Below are positions 36,785 through 44,815 of a DNA stretch of 64,000 bases, piece by piece. The DNA is from Bryobacteraceae bacterium (GTDB taxonomy: Bacteria > Acidobacteriota > Terriglobia > Bryobacterales > Bryobacteraceae), in the NCBI GenBank assembly GCA_050011755.1, contig JBEKIM010000005.1, positions 8,007 to 72,006 on the forward strand, written 5' to 3'. The first letter of the stretch is position 1. The number at the start of each line of letters is the position of its first letter. The position numbers and the translations under genes are program-made. A model generated the notes under the pieces. It made no database searches, was not told the origin of the DNA, and worked only from the letters and a program-made list of their open reading frames with translations.

Positions 36785-37213
36785 TTAAACCGGCCTTCTG
36801 AACCGCCGTACGCCGGCCAGGCCCAGCAAGCCGCCGGTCATCAGCAGGAGTGACACGGGTTCGGGTACGCAGCCTCTGTGGTCGGGTCCGTCCGCGCCAT
36901 CGAGGGCGACCGTCGTCGAAATCTCGCCGGATGTCACCGGGCCGCTGACTACGGGCGCCGCGGGGAGCGCGGGTTCTGTGGGTGTTTCGCGCCCAATCGA
37001 GATCGTAGTCGCGGTTTCGCCGGTTGTGGTAAAGGAGGCCGAAGCATCCATCATCCCCGGCAGCAGCGATGCTGGCGCGATATCCATCGTGTCCCCAGTC
37101 GTTTTCGAGACTTGTCCCGGTAAGCTGGTCGCCGGCGAGATACAGGCGCTCAGCATGCCGGCGAAAAGTAACACTACAACCCGGTTGGCAGTCTTACTTC
37201 TTGCAAATGTCAT
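36785..37213 (-). CDS. Small PEP-CTERM sorting-domain protein
   Basis: The C-terminus CVPEPVSLLLMTGGLLGLAGVRRFRRPV is VPEP, a TM helix and an Arg cluster. The N-terminal signal is MTFARSKTANRVVVLLFAGMLSA. The mature part is Thr/Ser/Pro/Gly-rich. Start set to ATG 37213 (GGAGGA upstream). Confidence 0.8.
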   Translation of the reverse strand: MTFARSKTANRVVVLLFAGMLSACISPATSLPGQVSKTTGDTMDIAPASLLPGMMDASASFTTTGETATTISIGRETPTEPALPAAPVVSGPVTSGEISTTVALDGADGPDHRGCVPEPVSLLLMTGGLLGLAGVRRFRRPV

Positions 37214-37402
37214 ACTCTTGGTGTCCTCCGTCAAAGTGGTTTGAAATTGAAGTTTGCAGCATTACCAAAAGGAAGGCAAGGATTTCGAAGTACTACCTGG
37301 GGCATGGATCGTACCGCCAGCCGCGCTAGTAGCTGGTACTCCGTCCGCGGCAGGCGCGGACCGGAGACGAACGCCTGCCCCAGGATGTAAACTGGAGTCA
37401 CG

Positions 37403-38455
37403 ATGGTTTACGCGATCGGCGATAACGTGGGCGATTACCAGGTTGTCGGACAACTCGGATCGGGCGGCATGGGTGTAGTCTACAAAGTCCGGAACGTGCT
37501 TACCGATCGGGTGGAAGCCATGAAAGTGCTGCTGCCCAATCTGGAAGCGGCCCCGGACCTGGCGGAACGCTTCAGCCGCGAGATCAAGGTGCACGCCAGC
37601 CTGGCGCACCCGAACATTGCCGCCCTACACACGGCCGTTCGGGTCCATGGCCAGTTACTGATGATTATGGAATGGGTGGAGGGCGTCACCCTCCGCGATC
37701 GGTTGAAGCACGGCCCCATCGAGGTACGCGAAGGGGTGCACTACTGCTGTCAGGTACTCTCGGCCTTGAGCTACGCCCACCAGCGCGGCATCGTCCATCG
37801 CGATATCAAGCCGGCCAACATCATGATTGGGCCGGAGAAGCAGGTCAAAGTAATGGACTTCGGAATCGCGGCGGTGAAGGGCGCCAGCCATCTGACCCTG
37901 ACCGGCATGGCGCTGGGATCGCTGCACTACATGTCGCCCGAACAGGTGAAATCGGCCCCGGCGGATGCCCGATCGGACCTCTATTCGGTGGGTGTGACCC
38001 TTTACGAGATGATGACGGGCCGGTGTCCCATCGAGGGCGACAGCGAGTACGCCATCATGACGGCGCACGTGAGCCTGGCGCCGCCGCCGCCGGATGCGGT
38101 CAATCCGCGACTGCCGGCAGCGCTATCGTCCATGATTCTGCGGGCTCTGGAGAAACGGCCCGAGGACCGCTTTCAGACCGCTGCCGATTTCCGGTCCGCT
38201 TTGGAATCTATCGAATCACAGTCGCACGCGGTTACCCGCACCAGCGCGCCGGTAGCGGCAATAGGAGCGGCCTGGGACGCCGGCGCGCTGGAAAGCGCGG
38301 CGAAAGAATTGGCCAAGTACATCGGACCGTTGGCTAAGATTATCGTCCAGCGCGCAGCCAAACGCGTGCAAACCTTGCGCCAGTTATACGACGAAATCGC
38401 CCTTGAAATCCCCTCGGCCGCGGACCGCGCCAAGTTCTTGGCCAAGAGACCGTAA
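37403..38455 (+). CDS. Ser/Thr protein kinase (Hanks type), soluble, with an uncharacterised 80-aa C-terminal tail
   Basis: Motifs GSGGMGVVYKV, AMKVL, HRDIKPANIMIG, DFGIA and YMSPEQ are present. No TM segment is visible. Confidence 0.9.
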   Translation: MVYAIGDNVGDYQVVGQLGSGGMGVVYKVRNVLTDRVEAMKVLLPNLEAAPDLAERFSREIKVHASLAHPNIAALHTAVRVHGQLLMIMEWVEGVTLRDRLKHGPIEVREGVHYCCQVLSALSYAHQRGIVHRDIKPANIMIGPEKQVKVMDFGIAAVKGASHLTLTGMALGSLHYMSPEQVKSAPADARSDLYSVGVTLYEMMTGRCPIEGDSEYAIMTAHVSLAPPPPDAVNPRLPAALSSMILRALEKRPEDRFQTAADFRSALESIESQSHAVTRTSAPVAAIGAAWDAGALESAAKELAKYIGPLAKIIVQRAAKRVQTLRQLYDEIALEIPSAADRAKFLAKRP

Positions 38456-39343
38456 CTACGACTCCAGAAGCTTAATGGCTTTGGCCAGGCTTAGTTGCAT
38501 GCGGTTGAAGGAACCGGCCAGAATCGAAATCTCATCGCTGCCCTTGACGGGCAATTCCTCCACATTCGTGTCGCCTTTACTGATCCGGTCGGCCATTGCG
38601 GATAGCTTCGAGACAGGCCTTATCACGATTAGGATTAGTGCCAGATCCAATGCCACCAGGGTAAGCAGGGCGGTCGCTCCCACATAGATCAGCATATCCC
38701 GGAAAGCGCGATCCGCCACCGCGATGGGAAGGGCGGCCGGCACGGATACGATCTGCGCGCCGACCACCTCATTGAGTTTCCAGCCGAAGCCGTTGTTGCT
38801 CCCGTACACCGCCAGCATCGGCGCCGGCGCCCGCGCCGGAATGGAGTGGCATTCCATGCAAGCCGGGCCGGCCACAATCGGCCGCGCCAGAAACCAGGAG
38901 ACTCCCGTAGGTGTGTCGCGATGGCCGATGAATCGTTTCTTGCCGGGATCGTCGCGAAAGGTGCGGATGATGTCGGACTCCCAGTCCGCGGGACGGTCCC
39001 GCAGGTCCGTGGGATTGAGCGTAGCCTCTTTATAACTGTAATCCGGGAAGTTGACGCGCAAATAGTTGAAGCTCTCCGTTGCCGCGTAAGCCGGCACCGT
39101 CTGCGGAAAGAAGATTCTCTTGCGCAGCTCATCGCGGGTCAGTTGCGGCGCGATCTGCTTGGTCGTGTAAGTGCGCATCGCGGTCGCCGTCTCCATCATC
39201 AGCTCCGCGTTTTGCAGCACCTGATCGGTGGCGTTTGTGCGCAGGAAGGAATGCGCGAACCAGGCCGCGCACCCCAGTCCCCCCCCAAAAACCAGAATAA
39301 ATACCAGGCTGAACTTTACCAGTAGCTTCATGCGTTTGTTCAT
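38456..39343 (-). CDS. DUF3365 (Tll0287-like, heme-c binding) periplasmic domain protein with HAMP domain and no output domain
   Basis: The N-terminal TM segment is KLLVKFSLVFILVFGGGLGCAAW. The CxxCH motif is PACMECHS. A second TM segment and a HAMP domain follow (IRPVSKLSAMADRISKGD...ISILAGSFNRMQLSL). The protein ends about 10 aa after the HAMP domain. Confidence 0.72.
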   Translation of the reverse strand: MNKRMKLLVKFSLVFILVFGGGLGCAAWFAHSFLRTNATDQVLQNAELMMETATAMRTYTTKQIAPQLTRDELRKRIFFPQTVPAYAATESFNYLRVNFPDYSYKEATLNPTDLRDRPADWESDIIRTFRDDPGKKRFIGHRDTPTGVSWFLARPIVAGPACMECHSIPARAPAPMLAVYGSNNGFGWKLNEVVGAQIVSVPAALPIAVADRAFRDMLIYVGATALLTLVALDLALILIVIRPVSKLSAMADRISKGDTNVEELPVKGSDEISILAGSFNRMQLSLAKAIKLLES

Positions 39344-39403
39344 TCAGCATACAGAGGACGGGGACGCTTGTAAAGCGATGAGCCCTCGGAACCCTCGGAA
39401 TCC

Positions 39404-39554
39404 GTGGCGCACCGTTGAAAACCCAATTGGGGGGCGGGCAATCATGCCAGGATTGGCCGCCCTCCAAATTGAGTTTTCATCGCATTTGGTGGCCCGCAGG
39501 GCCATCCTGACACGCTTCAGCGTGCCGGCGATACTCTTAAGTCCCGCTGTGGCG
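39404..39554. repeat. Mosaic hairpin repeat, locus e (in a divergent promoter region)
   Basis: GTGGCGCAC is followed by a 12-bp stem GGGCGGGCAATC/GATTGGCCGCCC. Then come CCTCCAAATTGAGTTTTCATCG and TGGTGGCCCGCAGGGCC...CACGCTTCAGCGTGCCGGCGATACTCTTAAGTCCCGC. Confidence 0.75.
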
Positions 39555-39580
39555 CTTGCGGATAAACTAAGGAAATACAC

Positions 39581-39955
39581 ATGCCTGAACTGATCCAGAA
39601 ACCGGCCATCATCGCGTCGGCCGGCAACCTTCCCAAGCGCATTGCGGAGTACATCGGGCTCGTCAATTCCGCGACTGAAGCGCTGAGCATCGCCCGCATG
39701 GAGAGTCCCCAGGGTTGGATCGAGCCCGGCCAAACCCCCGAATTCGACGAGTACACCGTAGTATTGCGGGGCGCGCTACGCGTCGAGACCACTGCGGGGA
39801 CTTTCGACGTGCAGGCCGGCCAGGCGATCGTCGCTCATCGCGGCGAGTGGGTTCGCTACAGCACGCCGGAGCCCGGCGGCGCGGAATACATTGCCGTATG
39901 CCTCCCCGCCTTCTCGCCGCGGTTAGTGCATCGCGAGCCTTCGCCCGATCAGTAA
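39581..39955 (+). CDS. Cupin domain protein
   Basis: 124 aa. The beta-barrel pattern ...EYTVVLRGALRVETTAGTFDVQAGQAIVAHRGEWVRYSTPEPGGAEYIAVCLPAF fits a cupin. AAGGAA lies upstream of the ATG. The 3' end overlaps the convergent TonB receptor gene by 7 nt. Confidence 0.7.
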   Translation: MPELIQKPAIIASAGNLPKRIAEYIGLVNSATEALSIARMESPQGWIEPGQTPEFDEYTVVLRGALRVETTAGTFDVQAGQAIVAHRGEWVRYSTPEPGGAEYIAVCLPAFSPRLVHREPSPDQ

Positions 39956-42900
39956 ATCACCTTCAACGAAAACTGGATCTGCCTGGAGTTGCTCGCCGTG
40001 CGGCTGATTTCGCCGAAGCCCGGTCCCAGCACCGTGTTCGAAGGCAGGCCGAAGTTCACGATGTTGAACACATTAAAGAACTCGGCACGGAATTGCAGTG
40101 ACGCGCGCGCCGCGCCGGCCCGCTCCAGCAAAGGCGTATCCTTGATCAACGCCAGATCGAAGTCGCGCATCCCCGGACCGCGGAACGTATTGCGGCCCAG
40201 CGTACCGAATATGCCGCTGTTCGGCCCGGTCCCGCCCGGCACATCGATGGGAATCGAAAAGAACGACGCATTATTAGCGCCCAGTCCGAAGTAGTCCTCG
40301 CGCACCGTCCGGCTGGTCGAGAGCACCGGCGTGCCTATCTGATCGGGCCGATCCGTGCCCATCGAACCTGCACCGGTCTGTTGAATCCCGGAATAGATGG
40401 TGAAGGGAGGGCCGCTCTGCAAGGTTCCGATGCCCAACACCTGCCATCCCTTGGTGAGCGTCTGGCCTAAGGGCCGCAGGAATGGCACGCGGTCGGCGTG
40501 CAGGTCCTGGAAGAGGCTGAACGCCAGGGCATTCCGGATATCGAAGTTCGAGGGCCCTTTGTCCAGGCGCGCGTTCAAAGGGTCTTCCGGCGCGGTCTGC
40601 GCCACCGCCCCGGACGCCCCGGAGATGAAGCCGCCGATCACCGCGCTCGAATCGTCGATCGACTTCGAAAACGTATAGCTGGCCTGCACGCCGAGCCCCG
40701 AGGCCGTGAGGTTCTGTTGCATGGATACCTGCAGGGCGTGATACGAGGAATGCGAGCGGTTGTCAATCTCGGACACCGGCCCGTATCCGCCTGTGATGTG
40801 TCCCGCCGAATCGAATTGCGTGTAGGGTGCGAAGGCTGCGCCGGCTCCGGAAAATCCGTTGGGGAAATCCACTGCGGGCAGCTTGATGCCGGCGGTGCCC
40901 ACATAGCCCGCGTTGACGGTTGCGCCGCCCAGTTTCTGTTCGATACCGGCGGTCCAGGTGGCGATATAGCCGCTCTTGAAATCGGGCGAAATACCTTGGA
41001 TGAAAAACGGCGTGACCCCCTGTCCGGGCGATAGCGCGGCCAGGTCCTGCTGGTAGCGGAGCAGGTCCATGAGGGTGTTGGCCGGCACCTGCTTGGAATC
41101 GCCGGAGGCAAACACGGGCGCTCCGCCGGTGGTATAGACCGTGGGCAACTGCTGCGGTGTGATGACCGTGCCGAAGTTGATGGGCTGCCCCGGCACGGCG
41201 TTCAGATGCGGATACACGACGAAGGGTGTGGCGCCGGTAAGGAAGTTATCCTGCCACAAATTGACCAGCAGCGTGGTGATCGCGCCGCCCACGTGGACCG
41301 TGGTGTTGCTGGCCGCCCGCCAGTCGACCGAGAGGCGCGGACCCCAGCCGTTGCGATCCAGTTTGTATCCCGGCTGCGGGTTGATGAGCAATTCCGAACC
41401 GGGCGTGGTGCCCGGGGCGGGATCGAGCACCGGGGCCGAAGTGCGCTTATCGGATTCGCGGATGGGGCTGGTGATCTCATAGCGCAGGCCATAGTTCAGG
41501 GTGAGGCGATCCGCTACTTTCCAGGCGTCCTGCGCGTAGACGTTGTAGGAATCGCGATGGATGGCGGAATCGCCGATGCTGGCGCCCTGTGCGAAGATGG
41601 ACGGCGCTACGGCAGACTGGTAGGAAAACGCGCTGGCCTCGAGCAGGCCGGTGAGGGCGTCGGGCAGCGGATCGCCAATCACGATGTCGTGCGTCCCGCT
41701 CGCGGAACGGATGGGGACTGTGGCATACGCAGGTCCACCGCCAAACTGGTACTGTCCGTTGGGACTGATGCCGAATACCGTGGTGTCGCGGTTGCCGCGC
41801 ACCTCTCCGCCGGCCTTTATGGTGTGCCGGCCGCGTATCCATTGGAAGTTCTGGCGAATCTGAAACAGGTTGCCGTAGGCCGCCATCACGGAGCCGGCCG
41901 CGGCGTTGAAGGCCTCGTAGGAGCCGTCGCCGAATGTCAGCGCCGGATCGGTGCGGTCCACCGTGGGAAACGAGGGCGTGGTGCGCGTGAAACTGATCCC
42001 GGATTCCATCGTGAAGGTGGGTGAAGGCACGCGCGTATAGGAGATCGCCGCGTTGCGCTGGTGGTCGAGGAAGCCTACCGCGAACTCCGGGTCGATGGCC
42101 GTCTGGCTGGGATTCGTCGTGGGGCCCGTGACGTTAGCCATCGTGAAACGTCCGAACAGCCGCGACTTATCGGAGATCTGGTGATCGATGCGCAGCGAAA
42201 ACTGATCCGAAACCGTGGTGACTTTCGAAGAAGTGGCGTAAGTGCGCGCGGCGTAAGGGCCGGTGGGATCGTTTGGCAGCGGATAGCGCGCCAGAATCTT
42301 GGCGATGCGCGGATCCACCGGCACAATCAGCGTATCGCCCGGGAATGCTGTAGTATCCAGGCCGGAGCGCTCCGCGGCCGTGGGAACCGGGATCACCTCG
42401 GTATCGCCCAGCACTTGCCGGAAACCCTGGTATTCCGCGAAATAGAACGTTCGATTGCGGCCGTTGTATAAGCCCGGAATCACGACTGGCCCCCCGTTGG
42501 TCAATCCGAATTCGTTGCGGATGAAAGGCGGAATACGTTCCGGCTGCGCCAGGGATTGCCGGTCGAAGAAGTTGCGCGCATCGAGTGCCGCGTTGCGCAG
42601 GAACTCGAACACCGAGCCGTGCAGTTCGTTGGTTCCGGACCGTGTGATGATATCGGTGAAGCCGGCCGCGCCGCGTCCGATCTCGGCGGGCATCCAGCCG
42701 GAGCTCGACCGGATCTCTTCCACCGCATCCACGTTGAAGTTCGTGAATGTGGCGCCGCCGATCTCGGGATCGCTCGAATCCGCGCCGTCCATGGCGAAAA
42801 CGGCCGCCGTGCCGCGCTGTCCGTTGACGGCAAATTGCTGCGTGAAATTCGCGGCCCCGTTCGTATCGGTCATGGTGCCCGCGGCCAGCAACAGCAGTTG

Positions 42901-43329
42901 GCTGAAGTCGCGCTTATTTAGCGGCAGCTCGGAGACGGCTTTCGCGGATAGCTTTTCGCCCCCCGTGCCCTCGCGCGTCTGTGCTTCGCCGGCCAGCGAG
43001 AGCGCGTGGCCCGCCGATAACTCCAGGATGGCTCCGGAATCGCGCGGCAGTTGGACTTTTTGTGGGCTAACGGCCGCCACGCCCTGGTATTCGACGGCCA
43101 CCGTGTATTCCCCAGGGGCCAGCGCCGCAAACGTGAAAGTGCCGTCCTTCGCGGTGGTCGCGGTTTCACGCCGGCCGCCGGATTCCAGACGCACCACGGC
43201 CCCGGAAATCGGCTGGCGATGGTCGTCTCGTAGTAAGCCGGTCCACGGCTTGAGTTCGCTCTGGGCGGTGGCGGACGCGCCGGCCAATAACACGATTCCG
43301 GCGATCGCGGTCAATTGACTGATAGGCAA
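39949..43329 (-). CDS. TonB-dependent receptor with N-terminal CarboxypepD_reg-like domain
   Basis: The signal peptide is MPISQLTAIAGIVLLAGASATAQSE (TTG start). The carboxypeptidase-regulatory-like fold reads GAVVRLESGG...DGTFTFAALAPGEYTVAVEYQG. A plug region and a long beta-barrel follow, ending ...IQFSLKVIY. Confidence 0.85.
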   Translation of the reverse strand: MPISQLTAIAGIVLLAGASATAQSELKPWTGLLRDDHRQPISGAVVRLESGGRRETATTAKDGTFTFAALAPGEYTVAVEYQGVAAVSPQKVQLPRDSGAILELSAGHALSLAGEAQTREGTGGEKLSAKAVSELPLNKRDFSQLLLLAAGTMTDTNGAANFTQQFAVNGQRGTAAVFAMDGADSSDPEIGGATFTNFNVDAVEEIRSSSGWMPAEIGRGAAGFTDIITRSGTNELHGSVFEFLRNAALDARNFFDRQSLAQPERIPPFIRNEFGLTNGGPVVIPGLYNGRNRTFYFAEYQGFRQVLGDTEVIPVPTAAERSGLDTTAFPGDTLIVPVDPRIAKILARYPLPNDPTGPYAARTYATSSKVTTVSDQFSLRIDHQISDKSRLFGRFTMANVTGPTTNPSQTAIDPEFAVGFLDHQRNAAISYTRVPSPTFTMESGISFTRTTPSFPTVDRTDPALTFGDGSYEAFNAAAGSVMAAYGNLFQIRQNFQWIRGRHTIKAGGEVRGNRDTTVFGISPNGQYQFGGGPAYATVPIRSASGTHDIVIGDPLPDALTGLLEASAFSYQSAVAPSIFAQGASIGDSAIHRDSYNVYAQDAWKVADRLTLNYGLRYEITSPIRESDKRTSAPVLDPAPGTTPGSELLINPQPGYKLDRNGWGPRLSVDWRAASNTTVHVGGAITTLLVNLWQDNFLTGATPFVVYPHLNAVPGQPINFGTVITPQQLPTVYTTGGAPVFASGDSKQVPANTLMDLLRYQQDLAALSPGQGVTPFFIQGISPDFKSGYIATWTAGIEQKLGGATVNAGYVGTAGIKLPAVDFPNGFSGAGAAFAPYTQFDSAGHITGGYGPVSEIDNRSHSSYHALQVSMQQNLTASGLGVQASYTFSKSIDDSSAVIGGFISGASGAVAQTAPEDPLNARLDKGPSNFDIRNALAFSLFQDLHADRVPFLRPLGQTLTKGWQVLGIGTLQSGPPFTIYSGIQQTGAGSMGTDRPDQIGTPVLSTSRTVREDYFGLGANNASFFSIPIDVPGGTGPNSGIFGTLGRNTFRGPGMRDFDLALIKDTPLLERAGAARASLQFRAEFFNVFNIVNFGLPSNTVLGPGFGEISRTASNSRQIQFSLKVIY

Positions 43330-43342
43330 ACATTAGCATAGC

Positions 43343-43408
43343 GTGGCGCACGCTTCAGCGTGCCGGCGGGACTTTTAAGTCCCGCCGCTGTCGGTTTTAG
43401 CCGACAGA
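43343..43408. repeat. Mosaic hairpin repeat, locus f
   Basis: An exact copy of the 43-nt core GTGGCGCACGCTTCAGCGTGCCGGCGGGACTTTTAAGTCCCGC (identical to 29409-29451) is followed by the hairpin CTGTCGG-TTTTAG-CCGACAG. Confidence 0.88.
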
Positions 43409-43500
43409 ACGGGCGAACCAAAGCTCAGCCGCGTCCCCGCATCCACGCACGCGCCCGTGCCACCGCCGCGTCGCGCTCCGCAAGGGGCATCCGATCCCAC

Positions 43501-43616
43501 TCCTTATATCCGAACTTCTGGCCTGTATATCGCTCCAGCAACGCGCCGCCAAAATCGCTCCTTATATCCGAACTTCTGGCCTGTATATCGCTCCAGCAAC
43601 GCGCCGCCAAAATCGC
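43501..43616. repeat. Perfect 58-bp tandem duplication (2 copies)
   Basis: TCCTTATATCCGAACTTCTGGCCTGTATATCGCTCCAGCAACGCGCCGCCAAAATCGC occupies 43501-43558 and again 43559-43616, with 58 of 58 positions identical. Confidence 0.95.
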
Positions 43617-44760
43617 ATGTGCGTACGTCGGACCACGGCGAGTCCCTTCCCGGGTCCTCCAGAATCACAGCCAGAATCCGCAAGATACGCGGCGATTTAT
43701 CCTCCCATGCCGGCTGCCACATCTGCGCATACCGGCTGCGATCGTGAACCCCCGCTCCCCGCATGATCGCCAGGTACTGTTCGAACTGCGCGTCGCTCCC
43801 GCGGCGGATCAGCAGCCTGCAAGCGCTGTCTACGTCGGAGCCATCCGCGCGCCTGTCGCGTAGAACCGTCAGCGCGGCATCGAACGTTGCGGCCGCCAAA
43901 GCGAGCTGGCCGTCGCCGGCCAGGCCGCACGCAATGGTTACCGCTCCTTTCTGCCGCTGTTCCAGATATCCCGGCAGAAGTTCCAACAACATGGGATCGT
44001 CCTTGAACTCCGGCAATAAATTCATTTCCGATGCCCGCGGGTGCAGGGCGCTGTACCGCAGCATGTTGCGCAGGATGCCTTCCTTCCTGCGCTCCGCCGG
44101 AACTTCCTGTAGTGTGCGGGCAGCCAGCGCCGGCGCTGCGTCCGATGGAGCCCCACCCGGTGACGCCGCCATCCACGCGGTCGAGATGTCCAGCCAGCGC
44201 GCATTGCCCGCCGGCAGCGCCGTTACCAGCCCCGTCATGATCTCATCGTTCATTTCCCTGGCGAGCCGGAACTGCATGTAGCCTCCGAACCGGAACAGGT
44301 CCCGATAGGTCCCGTGCAGCAGCGTGTTCATGATTTCGCGAAAAATGAACTCGCGTTTTGAGGCGGGCGGTTCGCCTCCAGGCCCAGCCTCAATCACCGG
44401 CACCACCAGCCCCCAACCCTCCTCGGCCAGCAGCTTCCACCCGTTTCCACGCGGCGCCAGAGGAAAAACATAGGTCCGGCCGCGTTCCAGATTCGCATAG
44501 GCCGGATGCCCGTTCGCCATCCTGTAGACCGGCCCGTGGCAATAGTGGTCCAGGTAGATGTGTGTGCCCGGGAACGGCGGATCGGCTCGCAAGACGCGCA
44601 GACTTGCGAGGCAATGGCGTGCGCCGCCGGGCGCGATCCCTTCCACGCGGGCGGCCACCACAACTGGCGCACCGGCCAGGGTTTCGATCGAGAGCGGCCG
44701 GATTACCCCGGCCTGCGCGCCGGCGACCATCAGCGCTCCGATGGCGATGCATCTTGGCAC
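43504..44760 (-). CDS. Exported hypothetical protein with its C-terminus replaced by a frameshift from the 58-bp duplication
   Basis: The 418-aa ORF has the signal-like N-terminus MPRCIAIGALMVAGAQAG. I recognise no family. The last 17 residues (RFWRRVAGAIYRPEVRI) are the second duplication copy read out of frame. The ancestral tail survives in track ORF 43425-43610. Confidence 0.6.
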   Translation of the reverse strand: MPRCIAIGALMVAGAQAGVIRPLSIETLAGAPVVVAARVEGIAPGGARHCLASLRVLRADPPFPGTHIYLDHYCHGPVYRMANGHPAYANLERGRTYVFPLAPRGNGWKLLAEEGWGLVVPVIEAGPGGEPPASKREFIFREIMNTLLHGTYRDLFRFGGYMQFRLAREMNDEIMTGLVTALPAGNARWLDISTAWMAASPGGAPSDAAPALAARTLQEVPAERRKEGILRNMLRYSALHPRASEMNLLPEFKDDPMLLELLPGYLEQRQKGAVTIACGLAGDGQLALAAATFDAALTVLRDRRADGSDVDSACRLLIRRGSDAQFEQYLAIMRGAGVHDRSRYAQMWQPAWEDKSPRILRILAVILEDPGRDSPWSDVRTCDFGGALLERYTGQKFGYKERFWRRVAGAIYRPEVRI

Positions 44761-44815
44761 GCTGTATTCGACAACACGGCATGCCTGGAAGTTCCCCCTT
44801 CGCGCCGGTGCCGGC

